The position numbers and the translations under genes are program-made. A stretch of 62,758 nt of DNA, counting the filler, from Stramenopiles sp. TOSAG23-6 (taxonomy: Eukaryota): the NCBI GenBank assembly GCA_900128565.1. It is 46 parts of 46 records of this genome, joined end to end, with 100 filler letters (N's around TTAATTAATTAA, not from the genome) between each part and the next. Parts side by side here need not be neighbours in the genome. Positions count along the whole stretch, not along the records: positions 1 to 1,272 come from LT639341.1; positions 1,373 to 2,644 come from LT639342.1; positions 2,745 to 4,014 come from LT639343.1; positions 4,115 to 5,384 come from LT639344.1; positions 5,485 to 6,754 come from LT639345.1; positions 6,855 to 8,124 come from LT639346.1; positions 8,225 to 9,493 come from LT639347.1; positions 9,594 to 10,862 come from LT639348.1; 38 more parts are not named here. One strand, 5' to 3'. Under the pieces are notes generated by a model. That model did no database searches and was not told the DNA's origin. It saw nothing but the letters and a program-made list of their open reading frames with translations. Shown here piece after piece: positions 1-10,862 of this stretch (positions within the stretch are counted from its first letter, which is position 1; each line of letters begins with the position of its first letter).

Positions 1-66
1 CGAAATTCCATACCTAACGATTTTTTTTTTCGGTAAAAAAAAAAAAAATATTTTTTCACAAAATAT

Positions 67-277
67 GACCGTGAATGCACACGAGATGAAAAAGATAGCA
101 ATGAATTCATTATATAATGAATGGTATTTATGCGCGGCTTGGATGTCAGGTGGAATGATGACGGTGGTTTTTGCTTGTTGTTTTGTATTTTCTATACTTT
201 TTATGGATGGCGCTGAAGCGACAGGAGGTGAACAATCACCACAAGTTCAACCTGCACCGATAGATAATGTAAAATAA
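67..277 (+). CDS. Terminal exon of a membrane protein, unknown function
   Basis: Follows a family intron 3' end (tacctaac...ttttcacaaaatat); open frame with one hydrophobic segment, ends TAA. Confidence 0.5.
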
Positions 278-441
278 TTGATATTATTGTTATGTGGCAT
301 ATTTATAAATTTCTAATAACTGTAATAATAACTGTAATAATAATTTATATAGAAGTTTTTCTAATAACTGTAATAATAATTTATATAGAAGTTTTTCAAT
401 ATATTTTCTGAATACACAAGCTTATATTTATACTATATGCA

Positions 442-1218
442 TTACTTGATTCTACGGGATGCAGCTGACATACGAGAGATATCTTTTGCTGTTCTTTGAA
501 TCGCTCTCGTCGTATAGTTAGATATAGAAATTCCTTTCATTTGCATTTCCTTAACAACTGCATTAGCTTCCGATACTCTACCACGTCGCATATAGTGATT
601 GATCAGCGTATTATATGATGCTTCGTTTGCATCAATTTTGGATTCTTTCATCCTTGCGAGAAACAGACGAGCATCTTCAGGACTTTCGCATGTTTGAAGC
701 ATTATATTAGAAAGATAGACATTGGCAACTCCGGATTTCATATATCGGGAAAAAAGAGTTTGAGCATATTTTCGGCCGTGGATACCCTCTTGAATACATT
801 GCTTTAATTTTACACTTCGCATTTTGGATAATCCTGTGCCATCTCGATTTAATGCAATTCGAGTGTATTTATCAGGCATCATACGTTTTTCGTACATCTC
901 ACCAAGAATTGATTTTGCATGCTCTTTTTGGTCTGCTATAATATAGTGATTTATCAATGTATTAAATGTTGCCTTATCTGGTTCAATGCCTGCAGCAGAC
1001 ATCTCCTGCATGAGAGTGCGACAATCTTCAGGTTTTATTTCATTTTGCATCATTAAATTATAATGATCTTTTGTTGCTTGATTAATTTCACGAAGTTTCT
1101 CAAATAAACATTTTGCTGCACGACGTGATTTTCGACATCCATAACCACCTTGTTGTAGAAAATCTCGAAGTGTTTTGGTTCGAATGTTTGTGATATCTTC
1201 ATTCGAAAGGGACAGCAT
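442..1218 (-). CDS. Pentatricopeptide repeat (PPR) protein, terminal exon
   Basis: PPR motifs GIEPDKATFNTLINHY and DANEASYNTLINHYMRRGRVSEANAVVKEM; preceded by family acceptor CCAAAATACAT at 1219. Confidence 0.9.
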   Translation of the reverse strand: MLSLSNEDITNIRTKTLRDFLQQGGYGCRKSRRAAKCLFEKLREINQATKDHYNLMMQNEIKPEDCRTLMQEMSAAGIEPDKATFNTLINHYIIADQKEHAKSILGEMYEKRMMPDKYTRIALNRDGTGLSKMRSVKLKQCIQEGIHGRKYAQTLFSRYMKSGVANVYLSNIMLQTCESPEDARLFLARMKESKIDANEASYNTLINHYMRRGRVSEANAVVKEMQMKGISISNYTTRAIQRTAKDISRMSAASRRIK

Positions 1219-1272
1219 ATGTATTTTGGAAAAATATTTCAAAAAAAATCTTAAAAAATTTGTTAGGTACAA

Positions 1273-1372
1273 NNNNNNNNNNNNNNNNNNNNNNNNNNNN
1301 NNNNNNNNNNNNNNNNTTAATTAATTAANNNNNNNNNNNNNNNNNNNNNNNNNNNNNNNNNNNNNNNNNNNN
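1273..1372. other. Artificial contig spacer N44-TTAATTAATTAA-N44 (first of 45)
   Basis: Identical 100-bp linker recurs every ~1.36-1.37 kb between unrelated sequences of steadily decreasing length. Confidence 0.98.
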
Positions 1373-1398
1373 TTTTTTTTTTTGGAAAATTTTTTTCC

Positions 1399-1429
<31 letters not shown>

Positions 1430-1453
1430 TTGCAATATTTTCTTTCACTACAT

Positions 1454-1643
1454 AACTAAAAAACAAACTTGTGCGGCTAATATTCAACGTATTGTTCGTG
1501 GTATTCAAGGTCGACGTCTAGCAAAACTTCAAGTTGATATCAAATCAGAATGGCAATTTCTTGAGTTTATAGGTTTTTTGAGTAAGACTAAGGAGCAACG
1601 AAAAGAGTATGTACAAAGGAAAAGAAAAGGAAAAGAAATGTAT

Positions 1644-1676
<33 letters not shown>

Positions 1677-2489
1677 CATACTACATTTTGTACCTAACAA
1701 AATTAAATATTTTTTTTTGAAATATTTTGTATGTTTTTTATTTTTTTCAATTTTTTGTCTACATTTTTTATACTACATTTTGTACCTAAATATTAAAAAC
1801 ATAAAAAACATAAAAAACATTAAAAACATAAAAAACATAAAAAACATTAAAAACATAAAAACACTAAAAAGATTTTTTTTTTTTGAAATATTTTTTTGAA
1901 ATATATGTATGATGTCACAAAGTTAAGGGATGAGAATACAAAAACAAAGAAAAAAAGTACACATTTAAAAAATACAGCAAATGAGGTGGATAATATTATG
2001 AAGGATAGAATTTCTGTAGAAATGCCCCAAAGTGATGCTGTAGGTTCTAGAGGTAATAAAACCCTAACCCTAACAACACAACAAAAAGAAGCACATCATA
2101 AGAAAAGTTCTGCTGGTGTTGTTAATGATTTACTAGGAAGGACTCGATATGATGACCCTAACCCTAACCCTAATGATTCCAAGTCGACACATCAAAAGAA
2201 TCAAAAAAATCAAAAGAATCAAAAGAATCAAAATCTAAATAAATTATCAAACAAACAAAATGGAATTGTCAAACATGCAAACACTAACCCTAATGAGATA
2301 TCATCTGAAACACAAACACATAAACATCAATTTTCTGAATTTTACAAATCTTTGTCATCACAGGACAATAATATTTCTGATAATACTGAATTTAATCATA
2401 ATTATTTGACAGAGTGGAATAAAATTACTCTGCCTAAACGTTTAAATGTTCATCGTTCACGTCTGAGAGTTTTACATCCGCAAAGAATT
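1454..2489 (+). CDS. IQ calmodulin-binding motif protein, two internal exons (1454-1639, 1907-2489)
   Basis: AANIQRIVRGIQGRR IQ motif; the frame continues across intron 1640-1906. Confidence 0.7.
1640..1906 (+). other. GT-AT family intron
   Basis: gaaAT|GTATGT...GAAATATAT|g; contains two gtacctaa copies and a 9-bp AAAAACATW repeat. Confidence 0.75.
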
Positions 2490-4618
2490 GTACGTTTTAC
2501 CCTAACCCTAACCCTAAAAAAAGAGATTTTTTTTTTTTTCAATTTTTTATCTTTATGTTTTTTCGTAGGAAAATTTGTACCTAAACAAAAAAAACAAATT
2601 TTTTTTTTTTTTTTTTTTTTTCAAAATTTTTTTTGTACCCAATANNNNNNNNNNNNNNNNNNNNNNNNNNNNNNNNNNNNNNNNNNNNTTAATTAATTAA
2701 NNNNNNNNNNNNNNNNNNNNNNNNNNNNNNNNNNNNNNNNNNNNTTATTAGGATTTTTACTTTCCGGTGAAACTTTCATCTTTTTATTTGAAGTTAAAAG
2801 ATCAGGAGCATCGGGAGATAACGGTAAGAGTGGTTTAGATGAGCAACCCATTCCTCCCACATTTTGCAGTCGTTTTGTGCGTCGCCACTTTCCATCAGCT
2901 CTTGCTACTGAATTTGGTTTCTGTTTGTTATTGTACTTATTATTATTATTATATTGAGACACAATATCTTCTTCAGGTGAATTTCGTGATCCATTTGACT
3001 TTTTAATATTATCTTTTGATGCATTACTTCAATAACCACTGAGCATTTTATAGTCAATACTATTTCTCCTTTTAGCTCTTCTAGATGACTTAATCGTATC
3101 AAACTCATTCGCTTCATCAAAAGAACTGTCACTCATTTCTTCTGCCTTATCTATAGCAACAGTACATTCACGAAATTTAGTCAGAATAGACACGCAATTC
3201 TCATCCCATGTAAAATCAAAAGTATTTGAACTATCAATTCTTTCTTTAACAAGACTTAACAAATCATCCAAAGGAACGACACCACAGCCTCCTATTTCAA
3301 GAACTTTTTGATTCCATTCATGTAGAATAATCGGGATTTGAGTGCGCAATCTGTGGGCCGCTGGCACTGCGTGTCACCATGGGCAACACCGTGCGCCGCG
3401 CAGCATTTCGTTAGGGTCCTTGCGGTTAATCAAGGTCGGCAAGGTTGAAATTCTTCCACGGTGGATCGCAGATGTACGCACCACGCACTCCGTCGAACAA
3501 GAAAAATGCTAGGATTGCTAAGTATTGCTCTCATAAGGAGGAAGCTACATTCTACAAAGGAACATAATAATGAACAATAATATTGATGGAACAAACATGT
3601 TGCAAATGTTTTGTACTGAAATAGATTCAGCGAATATATGATTTTTCTGTTAGTAAAACTACTTTATTATGTGTAATAATTAATCGTAGTAAAACACAAA
3701 TGTGAACCAAACCAAAATGGTTCACATTTTTTGCAGCTCAAATTGGAACAAACATGATTATAATTGAAACAGGAGGAGTACTAACAGAAATTGTATTTCA
3801 AATTTGAAATTTGAAATTTGAAATTTGAAATTTGAAAATTGAAAATTCTTCGTTCCACAGACCTGTCTTTCAGTCCCTTGCAGAATGGGACACGAGGTCA
3901 GTTGTTTCTGTTGGAACCGACTGGCCACGACTGATATCTGTTGTTCTGCAGTTCGTATATAAAGAACACTGAAAACCCCAACCAATTGCATTTATACTAG
4001 TCATCTGCAATTGANNNNNNNNNNNNNNNNNNNNNNNNNNNNNNNNNNNNNNNNNNNNTTAATTAATTAANNNNNNNNNNNNNNNNNNNNNNNNNNNNNN
4101 NNNNNNNNNNNNNNTACCTGAGTCTAATTCACAGATTTCACCCACCCACATACGATCATTNTCACTTTCTTCAACTTCGTACTCGAATGTGGCTTGCGTG
4201 GTCGCCATTTCCTAAAGAATTCGCTGCTCTTGCTTCTGCTGCTGCTACAAAATAACAAAAATAGTGTCGCATAAATTTGCCATAAATTTGGAAGAAGAAG
4301 AGTTTGAGTTTTCGCTTTCAGGAAAAAATGCTTTTTCGTGTTATTTTATATATATTATTAATAGTCAGTCACAAAATTTTGAAATTCGTATTAATTTTTT
4401 GTACCTAAGCTATAAGGCTAAATCTAAATCATCAACGCGTACGACATCAACTTCTGACTCAACTTCGAGGTTGTCTCTCTATATCCGTCTCTCATTCTAG
4501 CTAGAAATAGAGAGGAAATATAGTATTTCTGCCTGCAAGTATTTACCTTTGCATCAATTGAAATTGAGTTCATCATTGGTTTAATTGATTTTGATTTCTG
4601 AATTGTAAGGAGCAAACA

Positions 4619-5273
4619 ATGGCATTTTCATTCGGTGCACCTGCTACTGCTGGAAAAAAACCAGCTACGAGTGGTGGATTCTCTTTCGGTGGTGGTGCTC
4701 CCACTCCAGCAGCTTCAACAGCAACTTCCTCTGGCTTTAGTTTTGGTGGAGCAGCAGCACCAGCAGCAGCAGCTGCTGCTGCTCCTGCTGCAGGTGGTTT
4801 TAGTTTTGGTGGTACACCAGCAACACCAGCGGCTGCACCTGCTGCTGGAGGATTCTCATTCGGTGCCACACCAGCTGCAACACCAGCAGCAACACCTGCG
4901 CCAGCGGCTGCTGGAGGATTCTCATTCGGTGCTACACCAGCAGCAACACCAGCAGCGACAACAGCAGCAACACCTGCACCAGCGGCTGCTGGAGGATTCT
5001 CATTCGGTGCTACACCAGCAGCAAAACCAGCAGCAGCAACACCAGCAACCAAAGCTGCCGCTTCTCCGTTTACTGTAGCAACAACAACAGCAAAGAAGAC
5101 GACAGGTTTTGATTTATCGACTACTGGAAAGTCTGCTGGTGGAAGTAGTTCTAGTATTGGTGCTATTGATGATGTAATTGTTACGGCAGAAAGTGTTATG
5201 CCAGAGTTGGGATCTAAAAAGGTAAAAGAGATAATCGCTCGTTGGCAGAAAGATTTAGATCGATCTGCTGTAT
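4619..5273 (+). CDS. NUP62: FG nucleoporin Nup62/Nsp1, first exon
   Basis: Repeated GGFSFG motifs with Ala/Pro/Thr spacers, then the start of the Nsp1_C coiled coil (KEIIARWQKDL). Confidence 0.88.
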
Positions 5274-5384
5274 GTATGTTTTATTTTTTTTTTTTAACAA
5301 AAAAATCGAATTTGTTTTTTCGTACGAAATTTTGTACCTAACAAATTTAAGTTTTTTTTTTTCAAATATTTTTCCAAAATACAT
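5274..5384 (+). other. GT-AT family intron (downstream exon not visible)
   Basis: AT|GTATGTT...cgtacgaaattttgtacctaac...TTTCCAAAATACAT; alternative donor at 5270. Confidence 0.7.
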
Positions 5385-5485
5385 NNNNNNNNNNNNNNNN
5401 NNNNNNNNNNNNNNNNNNNNNNNNNNNNTTAATTAATTAANNNNNNNNNNNNNNNNNNNNNNNNNNNNNNNNNNNNNNNNNNNNA

Positions 5486-5782
5486 ACAAAAGCTCCAACA
5501 AAAGCTCCAACACCAGCACCAACACCAGCACCAACAAAAGCACCAGCACCAACACCAGCACCAACAAAAGCACCAACGCGCCCAACATGGCCGAAACGAT
5601 GCCAAGCCGACGATAGGTACAAACAATGGTCATCATGCGACTCAAACGACTTTGGCCACTGTGGTTATATGGTAAAAAGGCATGGATGCACAGACGCAAG
5701 CGGTTGGGATTGGGGTTGCATCTGTCCGAACAAATGTTGGTGCGCATGTTCTTCGACGCGAAATGACTGTCTTAAAACGTAG
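5486..5782 (+). CDS. 3' part of a probable extracellular protein: APT/KAPT repeats then a Cys-rich domain
   Basis: Frame without a start codon reads TKAPTKAPTPAPT...WPKRCQADD...CICPNKCWCACSSTRNDCLKT-stop. Confidence 0.65.
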   Translation, partial: TKAPTKAPTPAPTPAPTKAPAPTPAPTKAPTRPTWPKRCQADDRYKQWSSCDSNDFGHCGYMVKRHGCTDASGWDWGCICPNKCWCACSSTRNDCLKT

Positions 5783-5857
5783 AATCACATTTGTTTTGAA
5801 AGTTTATAAAAAAAAATCACATATTTATATTTTTTTTATTTCAGTATTTTTCATCCA

Positions 5858-6701
5858 TCAAAGAATATTGCATTTTCCAGGACGTCTCTTGGGTTTATTT
5901 AATTCATATGGTTTATGCTTATTTTCATTCTCCTCGTTTTTTTTCTTCTTTTCTTGAGTCTTTAGAACCATTGTTGTAAGCTGTTCAAATGCGTGATCAA
6001 CATTAGTTCCTGATTTTGCAGAGGTATTGTGAAAAAATATTTTTTTTTGTAAAAAAAATCGTTAGGTACGAAATTTTCTATGAAAGTATAGTTTTAAAAA
6101 AAATATGAATAACGTACAAGTTTCACAAAACATCATACCATACTTTTTTGCAAATTTTGCACCTTCTTCTTTTTGGACTTGCTTCACTTCTTTAGGGAGA
6201 TCAATTTTATTTGCTATCAATAAAATAACGACATCACTAGATGCATGAATTTTGGAAAAATATTTGAAAAAAAATTCGTTAGGTACAAAATTTCGTACGA
6301 AAAAAAAAATTCGATTTTGAAAAAAAAAAAACATACATTTTCTTTTAATGTAAACATTTCCTTTTCTGGCTCAATTTCGGCTGCAGTTCGTGCGCGTAAA
6401 ACTTTATTACTTGCAGCATATGACATTTCTACTGATAAATAAATTTCACCAGCATATGCACCATTAGATGTTATACTATGCCAACCAGAGTGAACAGCCT
6501 TCATTTTTGATATATTTTTTTCAGTGGAATATTTTGAACTAATGTTTGGCGGTTGTGGGGGTACAACTGAGGGCGGGTCAGGTAACAATTGAGCCATGAA
6601 TTGTTTGGTTTCTTTTGGATTATCTTGTACGATAGATGCAGAACTTGAAGTTGATATAACTTTCTTTGATGGCTTTTGTAAAGGCGAGCGTCGCAATTGA
6701 C
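5858..6701 (-). CDS. Protein with a Rab/Ras-like C-terminal half (G4 NKID, G5 ETSAK, CaaX CNIL) preceded by a C2-like segment; exons 6701-6337, 6244-6118, 6021-5858
   Basis: Spliced frame LKEN|ASSDVVILLIANKIDL...FCET|SAKSGTNVDHAF...GKCNIL-stop. Confidence 0.8.
6022..6117 (-). other. Family intron ending in CT
   Basis: acTT|GTACGT...CACAATACCT|ct gca; removal restores ETSAK. Confidence 0.8.
6245..6336 (-). other. GT-AT family intron
   Basis: aaAT|GTATGT...CCAAAATTCAT|gca; 92 nt, joins two reading frames. Confidence 0.8.
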
Positions 6702-7025
6702 ATGTATTGTAAAAAAAATTAAATTCGAAATTTGTTAGGTACAAAATTTTCAAANNNNNNNNNNNNNNNNNNNNNNNNNNNNNNNNNNNNNNNNNNNNTT
6801 AATTAATTAANNNNNNNNNNNNNNNNNNNNNNNNNNNNNNNNNNNNNNNNNNNNCGAGAAAGAATCAAAGGAAGAAAAAACGGCAATTTCCCCGCATTTA
6901 ATATTTTCATAAATATAAATAAATAAATATTATCTACAATAGGACAATCCAAAAATTTATTTGAAACAAAGTATAAATATCTGAATATTCCCTATAAAAA
7001 AACATATTTACTTATAAATTAGAAT

Positions 7026-8124
7026 TTAATGCGTGTAAAACCTGTCATTACTACTATTATGAATCGAAATGACCAATGGTGGTCGAAATATCACTAAAAA
7101 TAACACAATCACAAATAATGGAATGAGCATAAACAAGAAAACATTTTCAAATACACCCGATAAAGAATATAATAATACAATTATATTAGTAATTGCATGG
7201 TCAATGTCAGAAATTGATATTTTTGAATTTCTATCTAAAAGAGAAAACAGAATGCTATTGTCTTTACGCAACTGTGCATATCCCTGGTCCAAAATCTTTT
7301 GTAGAAAAATATAAAATAATCTAGGCTTTGCAGCATACCATGAATTTCCTGTTTCATCATTTGATATCGCCTGTTCGTACAGGGCCTCTGCTAATTTCAT
7401 ATTATGTGCAATTTCGATCTCTGCAAGACTGAAACGAGCTTGTGAACTACCACGTGAAGCCGAAAAACGCCAATCTGTTTTGGCAATATATTCTGCTTCC
7501 TCTTTTGTATATGTAACACATTGTCCGTGACTCCATCTACGTATTGGTGCGATATCCACAATACTATAATTACTATTATCAACAATACTATCTTCCACTT
7601 TTATATTAGATGAAGTTCCACTCTTTAAATAGGATGAAGTATCTTCCACCAACATGTCTCCCAATCGATTTCTGGCATATGAATGACTTTGAATAGAAGC
7701 GAGTAAATACATATCAATTGCCTGTTGACGCAAATGTTGCGCAATTGGTATTTTTCTNNNNNNNNNNNNNNNNNNNNNNNNNNNNNNNNNNNNNNNNNNN
7801 NNNNNNNNNNNNNNNNNNNNNNNNNNNNNNNNNNNNNNNNNNNNNNNNNNNNNNNNNNNNNCTGCACGCGAAGCTGAAACTGAGGCCAGTTTCAAGTTTT
7901 TATGACTAATATTTTTACGCATTTCTTTTACTTCATTTTGAATATCTTTAGACTGCTCAGAAACAGTTTTATAAAATTGCAATGCAGATTCGCATGAAAT
8001 CATTGGAGGTATTATATTCAAAGATTGACTTTCCTCAACTGATTGAAAATGTTGTACATGCTGATGGTATAATTCACCTAATGTAAACATAGCTATCACA
8101 TGTCCTCGATTCGCGGCTAAACTT
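7026..8124 (-). CDS. Sel1-repeat membrane protein, SEL1L/HRD3-like C-terminus
   Basis: Degenerate Sel1 repeats (ARNRLGDM, SASRGSSQARFSLA, LAEALYEQA) and a C-terminal TM helix; internal N gap. Confidence 0.55.
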
Positions 8125-8290
8125 NNNNNNNNNNNNNNNNNNNNNNNNNNNNNNNNNNNNNNNNNNNNTTAATTAATTAANNNNNNNNNNNNNNNNNNNN
8201 NNNNNNNNNNNNNNNNNNNNNNNNTTCGTACGAAATTTCGTACCTAACAATTTTTTTTAGATTTTTTTGAAATATTTTTCCAAAATACAT

Positions 8291-9416
8291 GCTCATCCTG
8301 AAGCTATATCGGAATTATCAATACAATACAGAATGCACAATGATATAATGTTGTTAAGTAATACTTTAACATACAAAAATAAATTGAAATGTGGGTCAAA
8401 TGAAGTTGCATCACAAATATTTAACATACCAAATATAGATAAACGCATGTATGTTTTATTTTTTTTTTTTTTCGGTAAAAAAAAAATCGAATTTTTTTTT
8501 TCGTACGAAAATTTGTACCTAACAATTTTTTTTTTTTGGTAAATTTTGAAATATTTTTCCAAAATACATTCCACCGATGATAAATAATAATAATAATCAA
8601 CAAAGAAAAAAGAATAGTCCTGATAGTATTGATTGGCTTCAATTGATTTTTGAAAAAGAACAATCTGTCGTATTCTTAGATACTGACAAAATAATACCAA
8701 GTGAAAATAATTCAATATCTAACCCTAACCCTAGTTTTTGTGCTACAAAAAATATAAAAAATATAAAAAATACAAAAAAAGTTCCACTTGAAAAACGAAC
8801 ACGAAAAAAATTTGGTGGTGGAATTATTAATGAAGTAGAAAGTTCTATCGTCCATATCATGTACGTTGATGCAAAATTAATTCAAATTTATTATTATTAT
8901 TTTTTTTTTTTAATTTTTTTCTTTCAGAATGAAATTCAAATTTATTAAAAAAAAGAAAATTCAAAAATCTCAAAAAAATCAAAATTTTTTTTTGACATTT
9001 TTGACATTTTTGACATTTTTTTTTGTTGATATATTTTTCACTTCTTAGTATCAATGCATTATATCAATGTGGAGCCAATGTACATGATATTGGCGTAATT
9101 TCACCCTATAGAGCTCAAATAAAAATATTGTACAAAATGCTACAAAATTTTATAGGTAAAGGATTAGAAGTTTCAACAGTCGATACTTATCAAGGAAGAG
9201 ATAAACAATGCATGTGAGTTTTTTTAATACGAAATTTTGTACCTAAGCAAAAAATTTTTTTTTCAAAAAATTTTTTTTTCATTAGTTTTTTTAACATTTT
9301 ATTTATTTCTTTTTGTTTTTTGAAATATTTTTTCACAATACATTATTTTATCGACTGTCAGATCAAATAATGAAAATGAGATAGGTCGCTTATTAGGAGA
9401 TTGGAGACGAGTAAAT
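8291..9416 (+). CDS. DNA2: DNA2 helicase/nuclease (SF1), exons 8291-8448, 8570-8860, 9049-9213, 9344-9416
   Basis: HPEAISELSIQYRM...LKCG, NEVE, IGVISPYRAQ, TVDTYQGRDK, STVRSN, LLGDWRRVN motifs. Confidence 0.9.
8449..8569 (+). other. GT-AT family intron
   Basis: cgcAT|GTATGT...CCAAAATACAT|t; 121 nt. Confidence 0.8.
8861..9048 (+). other. Family-register intron ending in canonical AG
   Basis: AT|GTACGT...ATATTTTTCACTTCTTAG|t; an in-frame alternative TAT end lies at 9051. Confidence 0.7.
9214..9343 (+). other. GT-AT family intron with a textbook GTGAGT donor
   Basis: tgcAT|GTGAGT...TTCACAATACAT|t; restores QGRDKQCIILSTVRSN. Confidence 0.9.
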
Positions 9417-9593
9417 GTACGTAACCCTAACCCTATCCATTATGAATTTCAATATTTTTTTTGGTACGAAATTTTGTACCTAAACATTTTTTTNNNNNNN
9501 NNNNNNNNNNNNNNNNNNNNNNNNNNNNNNNNNNNNNTTAATTAATTAANNNNNNNNNNNNNNNNNNNNNNNNNNNNNNNNNNNNNNNNNNNN

Positions 9594-10862
9594 TTGTATT
9601 TTTTGTATTTTTTGTATTTTTTGTATTTTTTGTATTTTTTGTATTTTTAGACTCTTCAAACAATATTTTATTATTGAAAAATAATTCAAAATCAAAAGTT
9701 TTTTGGTTTTCTTCGTGAAATGACGAGACAAAATCATTGCAAATTTTAACTGCAGAACAATGTAAAAGAGAAATTCTCTGCAATGGATTCATACTATTAT
9801 TCATAATATCATTATTACTATTTGTATTATTCTTACTATTTGTATTATTATTATTATTATGATTTGTATTATTATTATTATTTGAAGTATTATTATTATT
9901 ATTATTATTATGATTTGTATTATTATTACTATTTGTAGTATTATTATTATTATGATTTGTATTATCATTACTATTTGTATTATTATTATCATTTGTAACA
10001 TATTTACTATTTGTAGTATTATTATTATTATTTATAATATCTTGTTTTTTTACTAAAGAAATTTCCATTATTCCATTCTTCACTGTTATAAAACGACAAT
10101 CCCAACGCATAAAATAACAGGGATATTTTTTCAACAAAATTCCTTTTTTATATAGTGTTGATAAAGACAAATCAGCTTTATTTGATACTGAAACAGCGTT
10201 GTGGTTTTCGTGTTTTTCGTGTTTTTCGTGTTTTTCGTGTTTTTCAGCGTCCATTGATTTTGAAACAGAGGATTGTTTTTGTGCTACGACTCGATGCAAA
10301 GTGAAATCGGATATTCGTACTTCTTCCTCTTCGTTCTGTAGTATGAAAAAATATTTCAAAAAAAATTTTTTTAGTTTCAAAAAAAAAATTGTTAGGTACA
10401 AAATTTCCTACAAAAAAAATATTTCCAAATTTTTTAGTTTTTTTTCAAAAAAAAAATTGTTAGGTACAAAATTTCCTATGAAAAAAAAAAANAAAACATA
10501 CATTTTCATAGCGCACAGCGACATCTCCATCACTACAAAATTCAATAATTTCAGCGACTCGTTGTGAATCCAATTGAACATTTTCTTCATTTACATCAAA
10601 TACAAAGACAAATTGACCAAGTTTTAAGTTGTTTTTTTTTTCATTTACATTTTGATCATTATTATTTTTAGTATTATTATTACAACGAATAGTATCAATA
10701 TCATCAATTTCATCATCAATAGTATTATCAATATCATCAATATCATCAATGCTATCATCAACATCATCAATATCATCATTAATATCATCAATATCATCAA
10801 TATCAACATCATCAATATCATCAATATCATCAATACTATCATCAACATCATCAATATCATCA
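9594..10862 (-). CDS. PH-domain protein fragment with Asp/Ile- and Asn-rich low-complexity tracts; intron 10501-10336 (GT-AG)
   Basis: LYKKGILLKK...RWDCRFITV...ISLLHCSAV...FELF PH signature; frame continuous across aAT|GTATGT...CATACTACAG|aac. Confidence 0.7.

Noticed and set aside
1219-1272. Recurring peptides MYLTxF, RNFVPN, KYFSKIH, LLGTKF as a shared protein domain
   Set aside because: These are translations of the intron module in various frames.
1317-1328. Regularly spaced TTAATTAATTAA as a CRISPR-like or biological repeat
   Set aside because: Linker with stop codons in all frames, embedded in N runs.
2745-3500. Minus-strand ORFs and a GC-richer patch at 3340-3500
   Set aside because: Frames are broken by stops or shifts and no family is recognisable; I cannot support a gene or ncRNA call.
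4573-5078. Overlapping or antisense ORFs on Nup62 and on low-complexity genes
   Set aside because: Shadows of repetitive codon usage.
8447-8567. Reading the introns as U12-type AT-AC introns
   Set aside because: The AT duplication allows this 2-nt shift, but the U12 donor ATATCCTT is absent, donors match U2 consensus (GTGAGT, GTATGT), some lack the leading A, the shifted 3' ends would vary (AC, AT, AA, GT), and AG-ending members align with the GT..AT register. Disfavoured, not formally excluded without RNA.
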